From Amoebophrya sp. A120 (Eukaryota > Protista > Dinoflagellata), in assembly GCA_905178155.1 (NCBI GenBank), contig CAJINV010000004.1:11271886-11335885 (forward strand): 64,000 bases of DNA, in the 5' to 3' direction. The notes beneath the pieces are model-generated. The model did not search any database and was not told where the DNA came from. It saw nothing but the letters and a program-made list of their open reading frames with translations. A program made the translations under genes and the position numbers. Each line of letters begins with the position of its first letter. Position 1 is the stretch's first letter. Positions 48,376-60,860 of this stretch are shown here, in pieces.

Positions 48376-50212
48376 CTCCGGACCTTTTACTCAGCACTGC
48401 CACCGCTGCGGGGCACCAGCAGCCGGTCTTCAATTGGATCAAAAATGACGTAGGCCACGCCGCTGTGCCGGGATCGGAGCCGCAGACGGTTCTTGCTGTT
48501 GGTGCAATTTATTCTCCGTTGACACTCGACTTGCTATTCGTAGTTTTCTATTTACAACTTCTGTGCGGTGGCAGGAATCGGTAACTTCTCCGCTTCTCGC
48601 TTAATCTTCAGGCCGTGACCGCGGTGAGCGAGGAAATAAAGGAAATTCAATTTTTTTTATGAACCCTATTAAGCGGTCTGTTCCACCTCTATGCAATGTA
48701 TAAATGCAGCTGCCATGGTCGTAGTACCGCAACCGCAGTAAACACAACTATAGCAGAATCGAGTTACCACAACAAAACCGAAAATCCTGATTGCTTTCTC
48801 CAAAAACGGTGCAGCAAACTCCACGAATTATACGCTACTAGAATTCATTACTCTTAGAAAGGGACACTTACTGCTAACTCGACACTTCGAAGCCTGAAAA
48901 ATTCCTTAGTCCTCACAATCGCAATAAATTTCTTCGCATGTAATTCCGATCTACATGTAAACGTGTTGGCTATAGATAGTGAAGCACGATGTTTAATCAC
49001 GAGCAGTAGTACTAGAGACGAAGATTTTCCATCGTCGTTGCTAGATGTGTAATCATGGTGCACCACCAGGACGATTCTGGAAATGATCTGAGACGAGAAT
49101 CAATATGTATTTTGCGGCTCTGCAGATAAAGATCCTAGAACCAGCAGCACAAAGACCGCCCTAGCTGCGCCACTGGACCCTTTCGCAATCGGGATCAAAA
49201 GGATCACGTCGTGGGGTTGATCTTTTTTCCTTCTTACAGTGCTCGAGCAGAAGATCGCAGGGTCGAGGCCCGTCAAGGGGTGATCGTGATGACTCGATCT
49301 AAACTTGATCAATTCTTTCTCTATCCGCTCTCCGCGTTGCATCTCGAAGAAGATAGATTTTGATCATCGCCGAACCAATGCAGAAACACAAGCGCAGATT
49401 GTTCGAGGTATAGTTGAATCGTCAGACCGCCGGCGCACTTACGTCCCTAAGCCTACGTATCTTCTATCGTAGAGCACAATTTTAATTGCGCAGTCTGCAT
49501 CGAAAGCATTGTACGTATAGTTTGTTGCAGCTGCAACCTGTGTCCGCGCAGAAAGCCAATCGATACTTGGTAGATCAGAAGTTGTTTTTCATGTTGCAAA
49601 TTGCAAAATCGCTCGAGTAAGTGGGTTTGCTTGAAGATGGTGTTGCAATAGTAATCTATAAAACCTTTGGTGTAGTTCTGAATCCCAAGCATGCGTATTT
49701 TCAAACGTCTGGTGCTCCTGCTTGTCCGCCAGTCGTTTTTACTCTTGCCGTTTCTGGTGCTTGGTGAGGAGAGCTCTACACGCAGAAAACGGTTGACCAC
49801 TCGAGGTCGAGGCTTTTGCTTTTCACATGATAAGACAGGACAACATATAGTGTACATATAAGCGATCGCTACTTCTATGGCAGTATATGGCTTTTAATTT
49901 TGTCCAAGTTTTTCTTGTAGAAGAGGAGCCGTTCCTCTTGCATGCAATACCAATTGCAACATCAGTATGTACAACTTATACTATAGAGACGTACTAAAAG
50001 CTGCAAAGAAGATTAAGTTGAAGTTGGAGTAGAGGTGCTACTACAAAGACAAAGTTCCATTTCCTACCTTAATTAGTATGGGGCTCGTGCAACGTCACTC
50101 GAGCTCAACCCCCTAGAGGCCAGGGGCATGTTGGCACAGCGCGGTAGTTCCTTTTATTGGCTCCAGGTCCAGCTCTGCTCAAGAATTGAATACTGTTCTT
50201 GTTCTTCCGCAA

Positions 50213-52724
50213 TCAATATGTTTCTTCCTTTTCGCTCTCGTCCAGTAAACCCTGATCTTCCTCGTCGCCCGCACCGGCTGGCACGCCCGACGAACCGGTC
50301 AGCCTCGGGTAGTACGGGCTGGCACTGAGGCAGCGCGAGCGGTGCGCGCACAGCAGTGCGTAGTAGACGAGGGTGAGGAATTATCCAAGAAAAAAACAAC
50401 TTTGTCTTGCAGATGTTGCAATACAGTTACACTTCCACTTGTCATGCCGGATATGCGTCAGAGGCTATTTTAATACATATACGTGTTTTCGCTTACTAGC
50501 TACGCATGACAGGTTTTCCGTCATACAAAACAAATCTGTGATGCTGTTCGTCCTGCAAAAAAGTTACACTAACAACGTTTTTTTCTTGGATAGGAATAGT
50601 AGCACTGCGCCGACGTACGCGAGTGCCTTGCCGACGTTGGTCCCCCAATCGAGCATGGCGTACAAGGGCGTGCGCAGCGCGAGCGTGTAGGCAATGTTGG
50701 TCGCGAGCCACGTGAGCGCGAGAAACAGCAGCAGCACCAGCCGCCCCGTCAGGAACCGGTGTTGGAAGAGGCACAACTCCGTGGTGGCCGCGAAAAGAAT
50801 CAGCGCGTGCTCGAACAGGCAAATCCAAAACTCCAGGCTCTTCATGCTCTTGCCCAGCCTGTACAGCTTGTAGGCCGTCGGGTACCTCTCCTGCTTCGTG
50901 CTGCCGACCGCGCGAAACGAGGAGCCGGTGGGTGTCGGGGACAGCTGGCGGTCCGCGTCCTCGTTGTTGGCGTACTCCTGGGCCACTTTGGCCGCCTCTG
51001 TCCGCTCGCGGTCCACGATCTCCCGGCGCTGGGCCTGGGTTAGGTCGTTCTCCGGATCGAGCATCGGGTTGTGCTCGTCGAGCAGCAGCGGCGCCCGGGC
51101 CTCGACGGCGGAAAAGCTGGCGACGGTCGTAAAGTCTGCCGGCAGTCGCGCCGCGGAGGTGGAAGAACTTCTATCGGGGAGAAAATTCGGCTGGATATCA
51201 CAGGAAAAAACTGTTTCACTGTAAACTTGGGATGCATAAAATGGAACACAGAAGTATTTGTCTTGCTACACATGCAAGGAACTGGATTTTTAGGTGTGTT
51301 TTCTCTTAGGAAGCTTGCATGGCAAATTTTCTCTGTCATGTAGAACGAACTTGTGATGCAAAACCTGCAAAATCCTTACAGTGAAACACTTTTTTCGTAC
51401 GATACTGGACGGGCTGCGAGTAGTTGCTCTTTTGGAAATCATATCAAATGTAAAAATGTCTGGGTCTGGAAGAATGCAACTTGTCATGCTAAATCTGAAG
51501 TATTTAAAAATCTGTGTTGCATGATTACCAAAAGTCGTCCAGTTTTGACCAAGTCGGGAGGGAGTTTCTCATGCAGGATAGGCATGAGAGAGATCGCGCA
51601 GAATCTGTCATGCTAGGTCCTGCATTCCAGACCTCATGGGTCATGGAAAATCTGCATGACAAATCTTGCATTCTTCCAGACCCAGACATTTTTACACTTG
51701 ATAAATCAATCGGGGGCACGCGCGCGCCGAAATTCGCCTCGGCCTGGTAGAACGCTGCGGTGTTTATCCATCGTTCCTGCGCCTCCAGCAGGCGCAGGTC
51801 CTGCCAGGTCACCCGCGTGGCCATCATTGCGTCCAACGGCGACCGTGACGGGTCGGTTTGCTGTTCCCGGACCTGGTCGGCGTTCGTGCCGACCGGCGCA
51901 AAGTTGGCCGGGCTGTAGATCAAGAGCCAATAGAACCCAAAAATCATTAAGGACATGACGACTATCCACTCCTGCAGCAGGCGCATCACCCGCGTCAAAT
52001 TCGAGCTGCCCTGCTGATGGATGCGCACGTGGTTAAAGCTCCGCGGAAGCAGCACGTTGCTGGTCGCGTCGGCCGCAGTCGCTGTTGCATGGTCCCCCTC
52101 ATCCTGAAAAGCCGGCGCCACCTGAGAGGATCTTCTTGCCATTGTTCCGCCCGACTGGAGCAGTTCGGATGCCGTGCGCTGCCGCACGCCCTCCTCACTC
52201 AGCAGCAGTTCCTCTGCGTCCTGCAGCGACTTGATGGAGCTAGTCAGCGGGATTGCCTGGCTCGCCCGCAAAAAGTTCATCCCGGATGAATGTTGACGAC
52301 CTTGTTGACCAGGCGCGTTACTAGCGCTTCCCGTCAACACGCTAGCCCGGTAAGCGGTCTCCTGAATTTGGTCCTCATGGTCCCGCAGTAGGCTGATTGC
52401 GCACGCCTGCTGGTACAGCCGGCGGTCTCGGTAAAAGAGCAGGATGTAGAAGAGAAAGCCGATAATGACATTCACTCGTGTCAAATAAGGCAAGTAGGCT
52501 CGGTACAGCTCCTCGGTGCTGAAGAAAGGCAGCACGATAGCCAGCGTGTAGCCGATGGTACTCACCACGCGGCAGAAGGCGAGCAAGAAGGGCCAGCTGC
52601 GGAGGCAGACGCGGGGCTCGTTGAACCACAGGTCTTCGACATCGTTATTCACCACCTCTAAATCGCTGTAGCACCAATCCAAAAACCGACAGCAGCAGGA
52701 CCTCCTTCGCGTGTTCGCAGCCAT
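50213..52724 (-). CDS. Multi-pass membrane protein, FAR-17a/AIG1 / Rolling-stone-like (paralog 2)
   Basis: PYLTRVNV, LQEWIVVMSLMIFGFYWLL, LFEHALILFAATTELCL and PLYAMLDW are colinear with paralog 1. Three introners removed give one continuous frame ending EKEETY*. Confidence 0.8.
50382..50592. mobile_element. Introner family G (211 bp)
   Basis: tatccaagaaaaaaa / tttttttcttggata; perfect TSD ggaat; removal gives AVLLFLTLVYYALL. Confidence 0.92.
51196..51404. mobile_element. Introner family E (209 bp)
   Basis: tatcacaggaaaaaactgtttcactgtaa / ttacagtgaaacacttttttcgtacgata; perfect TSD ctgga; removal gives SQPVQPNFLP. Confidence 0.92.
51442..51703. mobile_element. Introner family A (262 bp)
   Basis: Perfect TSD aatca; removal gives VPPIDFQKSNY. 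Confidence 0.95.
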
Positions 52725-53848
52725 TTTTTCTCGTTTTTCATCAAGATCTTTTAGTTTTTCTCAGTGTCAGTTATTAATGATACTTAAATAAAAAAAAAAC
52801 CGCGAGGTCGTCAGGGTGATAAAATGTAACTTTCAGTCGCTTTTGTAAATCTGAATATACAGGAACATGTTGTTACTATAAGTACAGTCACCTGATAAGT
52901 GGTTTACACAATAGCACTACTTATCGACCCTTTCCCTTTCGAAAACTTTGCTCGATGTTCAAGACTTCTAGTTTGTCTTGTCGGTCGTACGTGGGTCTTC
53001 TCTTTGTCATCAATTACTTTACGCATCAGCTTAAATTTCGAGATTCAAAACTGCTTCTGCACTTTTCCGCACACCGAAGTAAAAATCCCTCCCAGAACCT
53101 ACCACGAAGCCGGTTCGTCTGGCTCTGATCCACTACCGAGTCCAAAAAGTTTTACCGAGCGTACGATGAACGAGTGCTTTTGGTATCGTATGGGAAAAGT
53201 GATCGCAAAATGATTCCAGTTCAATCAATAGAATGCACACAACCCAACGGTTACCGATACGAGTACAAATTTTCTTTGCCTATAGCAAGGTCGTGAACTA
53301 GTTCCGATATAGTAGGCACTGTTTCTAGCGATATCTTTTGTTCGTCTACAAGTTCTTCTATCATCTACTGACCGATCTTGTACTTGTCAAATCATGAGCA
53401 TAACAATGCACCGATGCATCTTTCTTGATTCGTTATCTCGGGATCGTGCTCTTCGTCGCACTACGGCGCATGATGATCTTCACTTTGATTGTGTATTTGT
53501 GGAGGAGAAAGTTCGAGGTCGCGGCGATTCGGTTGCCTTCTATTTGTTGATGCTACGGTCACGAACATGAACAAAAATTCGCCGCTGCGTGAGGCGGCCC
53601 CCAAAGGTCGGAAGTCTGACAACGACCTTGTCGTCGACCGGAATGGGCGTGCTAGTATTTCTTTCGAGAAGTCATGCAGAAGCAACTACAAGAAGAGGCT
53701 TATTCAGCAACATTTTGAAACGTTGGGCACTGAAGATTTGTTTCGATCTAATATCACGATCACCTCTCATCATACAAAAGAGAAAAAATACGACCAAACC
53801 CGCATTTTTTTTGAAAAAGTTCCCTCTCGCCTCGGGTTGCTCCGACGA

Positions 53849-56800
53849 TTAGAAAAACGGCATCTCCAGGAAGTGCTCCGTGACGGGCAGGAAATAATAA
53901 TCAGTCATAGGACCACCACTCCCTGCAGCACCGTGTTGGTATCTCGCACCACCACCCAACATATCATGCTTCATGCCATCCTCGGGCCACCTCACCGTGC
54001 GAAAGAGAAAGCCGCCCAGCATTCCGGTCGCCTGACCGTCGTTGTCTATCCCAAAGTGCTCCCCGGGGAGCACCCAAGCGCAGGAAAAATTATCCCGCTG
54101 GTGGAGGTCCTCGTGGGGGTCTCCGTCAGCGGTGCTGTGAAAAATCTCCGACAGGGGAACGACTTTCCGAGGTGAGGATCCTTCGGGACGACGAGGAGAG
54201 CAAGCGGAAGCATTCGCAGTAGACACACCGGCATTTTGTGCTGGTGTGGTGGTCCTATTGGGAAGAGTAGAGACATTGCCTCTATTCGGTTGCTGTTGCA
54301 CATGAAAGCGTCCAGACTTGAGAACCCCGCCAGACGATCCGTCGCTGCTCGTGCTGACACGACTAGTAGAAGAATGTGGCGGGAAATCCTGCTCGTCGCC
54401 ATCTCGCTCACATCCCTGCTCTCGTCCTACGGCGAGATTCTGCTGCAGCACTGCAGGACCACGACCAGCAGTGGCGGCCGATGTAGAAGTATCAAAAACC
54501 CCTGTAGTAGTTGTACTATTTCCATCCCCGGGCGAGCACAGAAATCTGCCATGACTCGCGATGGCGTCGACGAGCAAGCGGTGCGCGCGGACCGAGTGCG
54601 GCCGCAGCACTTCCCAATTGCCGAACTTGATGGTCGGCAAGTGAAACGTTGACGCCGCAGTGTTCATGGCATAATTCCCTGCTGTCGTAGAGGATTCGCC
54701 AACAACCGCACCTCTACTGTGGTCGCCCCCTGCTCCACCTCCCGTTGATATGCCCCTGCTTCTACTTACTCGCGACGCAGTCGTCTGCTCGCCGGTCTCT
54801 TCTGCTATCGCGTCCCCGCCATGGACGTTCTGCCTGGAGGTTCCGTCATGCGTTCCGCCTTTCCTCTTTGGCGGGCGGTAGGGCAAAGCACAGTTGACGC
54901 CTTTGTTGATCAGGATCGAGGACTCGCGGGTTGCCGTATCCGTTCTGTCGCCATCATTCTCGTCGTCATGCTGGTACAACAACTGCCCATCAACATGGTC
55001 ACCTGCAACAACGTTATTGTATGCGTCCGTCGTCCGCGTGCTCCAGTTTCGCCGGGTCATCGTAGAAACCTCGTCCGGGCCATCGTAGAAAGCGCCGCCT
55101 CCAGCAGGTGAGGCAGGTCCCCCGCCGGGCTCGCTCGCCAGCAACAAGCTGACACCACCACGGCTGGTGGCGCGGGACAACGGCTCGGAGGCCACGGCCT
55201 CGTACGCGTAGATATCAAATGCAAAAGTGTCTGGGTCTGGAAGAATGCAAGTTTGTCATGCTTATCTGGCATGACTCGAGAATCTGTGTTGCATAGGCAC
55301 GAAAGAGCCCTCTTAACTGTCATGCGAAAAGGCAGTTTGCCATGCGCAATACGTAAGACATGGCAGCCACAAAAGTTGTCATGCATACCTGCGTATTGCG
55401 GCGCGTCTATCATTCACTTCTAGCATTACAAGTTTGTAGGCCTAGACATTTTTGCATTTCATAGTAGAACTCCGGAAACCACTTGCGTTTCGAGAAAGCG
55501 GTAGCGTTTTTTCGTGTCTCGACCCGTGCTATGGCCTGCTCAAACGTTACAATCTAAAACGTTACAATAGAATCTGGAACTTGTATTGCATGAAGAGCAT
55601 GAGGAACGCAGAGAGAATTAAGCTTTTCGCAATACAAATTTTGCCGGATTGCAGGTGGGTTTGGGGCTCCGGAACTTGTCATGCGCAATCGTATGAGGGT
55701 TGCCTAGATCATGCACTCTTGCGTCACAGATTCCCATATTCTATTGTAACGTTTGAGATTGTAACGTCTGAGCGGGTCATACGTGCGGCGGCATGTATTG
55801 TCTTCAGCGTCTTATCCGGGGTGTAATTTTTCAATACGTTTTTATTTCCGTAGTTATTTGATGTTGCACCCGTTTTCTTCCTCGTATTTGCATCAACAGC
55901 TGGACTGTCTTTGTCTTGATCTTGGCTTGTAGTTGCTTCTCCTGTTGCTGTAGTCTGTGCTTCCGTTTCATAAGTGGTCGCGTCATGATCTACTTCTGCT
56001 TCACTGTGGTCATCGGAGGTGTCGCTTTCGCCCTGTTCTTCGTGCTCGAGGTTCAGCAGTAAGTCTTCCCGGGTCGTCGACGTCGTGTCGGTTTTGAACA
56101 GGAAATCCGAAGATGCTGAGCGGGACGACAGCCCCGCAAGACCGGCTCCGTCGTAGCGCAAGAACCCAAAAATTTCTGCGCTCGGTGCCGTGCGGAACCA
56201 CGATTTAGTGTTGCTGTTGGCCGCATTCGAGAAGGCGTTGTACACTGGTTGTTGCACGGTCGTGAGAGAAGTCGTGGTCTTCTTCATCTCGGGCTCCTGC
56301 GTTGCATTCCCTGCTGATGTCTCGACGTCTTCTGGGCACTCCTGCGCAAGGGAGGACGCGGCTTTTGTTGGGAATAGCAGGGAAGATGAAAAAGTACCAA
56401 TTGCATCTTCGGAGCGCCCCGACGTTGCTTCGCTGTCCAGACTGCCTGTCGCGCACCCATCGTCCAGTGCAGGCGGCATGGCGATCACGGTGCGCTTCAG
56501 ATTCAGCCGTGGTGGGGATGCTGTTGCTGGTGCAGACCCAGAAGTAGAACTAGAAGTTGTCTCGGAAAACAAAAGCATTTCCCGTTGCTCCTGTTCCTGC
56601 TGCCGCTGCTGTTGCAGCGTAGTCGTGGGACGATCTTTGTTCTCGTCTTGTTGGGCAGGAAGAAAAGCTCCGGTGCTGCGGGTCGCAGCGGGTCGTCCTT
56701 CTAGCGGCTGATCGCTGGATAAATTATAAGGACCGAAGTTCTTACTAGTAGTGCCATACGGAGGTGGCTGCTCGGACGAGGAGCGCCGATTTATCTTGTG

Positions 56801-57034
56801 GCCCGGCGAGGACCCTTGGCTCGACAAAATCTGTTGATCACTCGCACCGGAAGTCGGCGGCCGGGGAGCGCCGCTGCGCGGGACGCCGCTACTGGAAAAG
56901 GTCCGGGTGCGGGTCAAGTTCGAGAGAAATAAGGGGTTCCGCCGACTGCTCGAGCGCAAGTGCATGCGCCGCGCGGCCAGGTCGAAGCCGGTGTGGCGCC
57001 AGCTCGACAGGCTGCGCAGCGCATGCTTGCCCAC
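53849..57034 (-). CDS. Long low-complexity coding region, possibly the 3' part of the zeta-toxin-like gene
   Basis: ORFs 55724..57034 and 53849..55195 join through a short exon (ARVETRKNATAFSKRKWFPEFYAYE) once two introners are removed. Confidence 0.65.
55213..55463. mobile_element. Introner family A (251 bp)
   Basis: Perfect TSD gtaga; right TIR slightly decayed; removal gives WFPEFYAYEAVASE. Confidence 0.92.
55530..55781. mobile_element. Introner family F (252 bp)
   Basis: ~42-bp TIR tatggcctgctcaaacgttacaatctaaaacgttacaatagaat; perfect TSD cgtgc; removal gives IHAAARVETRK. Confidence 0.93.
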
Positions 57035-57220
57035 ACCGGTAGGGGAAAGGGGCCGTGGTTTTATTGATGTGGAAAATGTTTTTGGAGTCCATGGTCAGAT
57101 CGTTGTACTCCTCAGTGATCATACAGTTTTATTTTGTCACTTTCAAAACTTTCCTGAACGGGGAGGGCGCGACGATCGACGCAAGTGCTAATGTCCATGT
57201 TTTCTTTACTGAGTACTTAC

Positions 57221-60200
57221 CTACCTAGCAACGACCTGACCGTGACCCCACAGCTGTATCGCCTCGATATCATTTTCGTCTTGCACCGCCGTAGTTTTCT
57301 TCCCGCGCAGAACCCCATCCAGTTCGCCGACCTGCTCGCTGTCGCTCTCCTCGCGGATAGCCCCGCTCGACCCGCTGCTGGCGCTTTTCTGGTTCCTCGG
57401 GGTCTCGTCTAATGCTCCTGAGTTGATCTTCGTGTCACCTACCTGTTGCACTTGTAGCCCGCGCGGCTGCAACATTTCCGAACGAAGATCCCCTGCACCA
57501 CTGTCGGACGGGCGGCTTCTAGTAGGCTGCAAAATGACTTGTTCCGACGATAGGGGTGTTCCAGTTCCACGGCCCAGAACGTCCCAAGTAGCACCAGCTG
57601 TACCTCTCTCCGCCACACGCCCGGGCTCGGGACTTTCTTCCGTACGAGTAGAAGAGTTTGTGCCCCGCACAAAGACCGGGCTCGAGCTCGAGCGCTGCAT
57701 TTTGGAGGACGTGCGGGCGTCGTCGGCGTCCTCTTCCTTCGGGGGCGGGAACGCGATGTCACTGATCTCGGCCCACCAGGCTTCCAGCCGCGAGGTGCGG
57801 CACGTGAGTGCGGCTTTCATGTACTCCTGCGCGTTGGTATCGGCGTGCGTCTGCTCCTTTTGTGGTGCGGTAGCAGCAGGAGCACCAGAGTCTTCGTTAT
57901 TCTTGCTCAAGAACATCTCGTCGGTGTGGTCGTCGCCTGCCGCATTTTTTCCTATTTCGACGTCTTCAGGGTCGTGTCTAGCTGCCGCTGCGACAGAAAC
58001 GTTGGTTTTCTGCTCGAGATGCCCAGGCGGACCGCTCGCAACATGCGATTTGCTTTCCTGCTCGCCACATCGCAGGGCAGCGACGTTCATTGCGGGGGGT
58101 ACTATTTTTTCCACTTCTGTTCGAGCAAAAGGGCTAGCTCTAGAAGTAGTAGCAGCAGTGCCCATAGTACTATCCTCTTCGTAAGCCGCGCACACGAAAG
58201 CAGTCAGTGCACCGTCGGCCTCGACAGTCACGGGGGACACGTACACTAGCCGGCCGTTCAAGTAGGCCACCAAATTTTCACTCCGGTCCAGCCGACGAAT
58301 AGTCCGCGCAAACTGCCGCTGTGCGTCGAGGACTTTTTTCCGGATGGCGGATCTTGCGCTGACTGCCGGAACTACATTGACTTCACTGCCGTCCCGATCC
58401 TGTTCGCCAGCAGTCGTTGTGCCCCCGCGTGGTGAAATAAATAGTACACCGCTAGTACCGGACGGACCCCCGTCTTCTAGTAGATCCACCCAGGAGGCTG
58501 CGGTCGGGGGCAAGAGAAAAACCTGCGGCGCGGGCACCACGCGGACGCACCGCAAGGCCTTCATCGAGACCGGGTAGCTCTGCCGTTCGCGGATCTTCCC
58601 CAGGTCCTGGGAGAACACCGAGCCGAGCCGCACGAAGTCCTGACTCCGGTCCACGCGGAGCAACGCCTCCAGTTCTGGTGTGGTTTCGTTGCGGATTTGC
58701 GCGACAACATCGACCATCGGGGAAAGCCGTTCGACGGACCGCTTGCTTCCAGAGATGCTCTCGTCTAGATCGGCGTCCGGGATCCACCGCCCCGTGGCCT
58801 CGCTGCGCGCAATCACACTGATAATGATGATAAACATGTACGTACTTGTTGCTTGGACGAGTGTCGTTGTGGTTTTGATGCGCACTCATCAATTACGATG
58901 ATTTTTACGTTGTACGACCTAAGTTCATAGGTAGCCCGCTTATGTAGTTTGAGATTTTGTTTGGGTGCAGATCATACCAAGTGCCTTCTCATACAATAGT
59001 TGACAAAAAACGAAATTCAAATCGGCAAACAGAATCTCTACCGCTTCCGCACCGTTTCCACAGAGCAGTGGACGTAGAAGATGGCAATGCGGTACTGCGG
59101 GAACCTATCCAAGAAAAAAAACCTAGTGTACGTCGCTGTTGATGCCAACCACAATTGCAAGACAGCTACATTTCTCATGCTCGGCCTGGATCGAAGGCCA
59201 TTTTCAGTAGTGTTTCGTTGATGGCCTAGTACTACGAGAGGCTATGGCATACATGACGATTTGTCGTATCTTCTATCATGCACAATGCAATGTTGAATGC
59301 ATTTATTCGTGTTATACTACTCTTTCAAGAAAAGGAGTCACGCCAAGTGACACCGGTTTTCACTTTCTGCTTCTTGGATAAAAGCGATCGCGAATGTCAG
59401 CGACCTGCTTGACGTACCAGTCCGTGTTGCGCAGACTGCCGTCGACCCAAATATTTTGGCTCATCCGGAGCGCCGCCTCGAGACAGATCTCCTGGATGGC
59501 GCCGGACTCGCGGTGGCACAGGGTGCCCGCTGCCTCCTGGTACCCTTTGGAGAGGTACTGGTCAAACTCGGGCATGACCAGCTTGAACAAGTCCGGGTCG
59601 ATGCGCACCGCTTGCTCCATCGGCAGGTAGTTGTGCACGCTGAGCCACCGCATCACGTGCCCCTTCCCCGCGCCCATCGGACCGCACGAGTAGATCAGCC
59701 AGGGCCGGTGCACCCGCTCCGTCTTCAGGATGACGTGCTTGATCAGCGTGTCCTGCCATTCGATCCGGGTTTTCGTGTAGTAGCTGTGGTACTCGTAGTC
59801 CATATCGGCGCGGATGCAGCCGAAGAGCGGACTACTCATGATCTGCGCATTGAGCAGTCGCAGCTTTTCCTCTTTGGAGAGCCCGACAAATTGTGCTGGT
59901 GGAGCGGGAGATGAAGTTGTCACGCCCTTCGCATCATCTCCTCGCAAAAGTAGACTGTAGTTTTCCGCAGTGGGCTTGGAAAAGTCGTACCCTTCCGGAA
60001 TCACAAACCTGGTTAGCAACTTCTGTCTTGCCAGGTTGTTCAACAAATTGCGCAAAAACTGCACGCGGTGAAAGGATTGCTTGAACTGCGCGTAGGAAAC
60101 CTTGTTTCTGGCGGTCCCCGCTACCGCCTGCCAGATTCGCCTTCGCTCCTCCGGGTACAAACCGAGCGGGGCGGCCGCTTTGCTTCTTGACGACTGAGGT

Positions 60201-60860
60201 GGAACTGAATCTTGCTTGTTCGTCGCCCCCTCGTCGTGCACTTCTTTCTCTGCACCTTGATCACCCTGTAGTTCCTCGCGTGGGGGCAAGGGGCTGGATC
60301 CGGCCGCCGCGGTTTCCTTACTGCCGGTGGCGGTTGAACTACTGCCTTTATGACGGCTGGTATCGGTATCCAAGAAAAACTGTGTTTCATTAGTTGTGCT
60401 AGGCGGGCATGTTGACAAAATAGTTCTGTATGACAAGGAAAACCTGTGATGCGCCGGCGCCGCTGGGAGTTGTTGTACTCAACAATTTAGTTTCTTTTTA
60501 TCCTTTGTTTCCGCAATAGAATACACATCATCTGCGCAAGCACAACCAACACAATTCTTTTTCGGATAACCGGCATCGTACTTGTCCGCGAGTACCTGCT
60601 CAAAGCGGTTGAAGTCCAAAAACCGCAAGGTGGCAACTTTGTTGCTTCCGGTCGGATCGTACTTGCTATCCTGACATCCATTGCAAAAGCATCGCGTATC
60701 TGGAAAGGGGCATGGCAACTTTTTGTTTTTCTTTTTGCAGGCACATGCACAAGAATAAACTTCTTACGATTTTGATTTACTGAGCTGTAGTTTCTTTACG
60801 CGACAATTTTTTTGCACAGGATACCTGTTCCTGTCCAACCAATGCGCACCAAACCTGGTA
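57221..60860 (-). CDS. Zeta-toxin-like P-loop kinase domain protein (eukaryotic type), multi-exon; start not resolved
   Basis: PWLIYSCGPMGAGKGH (Walker A), RIDPD, CHRESG, IWVDGSLR, then RFPQYRIAIFYVHCSVETVRKR|ARSEATGRWIP. Confidence 0.8.
59106..59380. mobile_element. Introner family G (275 bp)
   Basis: tatccaagaa / ttcttggata; flanks gaacc/aaagc; removal gives IRDRFPQYRIAIF. Confidence 0.85.
60367..60568. mobile_element. Introner family G-like (202 bp)
   Basis: tatccaagaaaaactgtgt / acacaattctttttcggata; flanks atcgg/accgg; frame restored (KYDA[G/D]TSRHK). Confidence 0.8.
60667..60823. mobile_element. Introner, decayed (157 bp)
   Basis: tatcctg / caggata; flanks cttgc/cctgt; frame restored (WLDR..YDPTGSNK). 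Confidence 0.55.

Noticed and set aside
17395-55463. Family A repeats as a CRISPR array or a conserved peptide (IKCKNVWVWK / MQKCLGLE / LPDPDIF recurring in the ORF track)
   Set aside because: They are dispersed inverted pairs with TSDs. The peptides are translations of the TIR in different frames, with no spacer periodicity and no cas genes.
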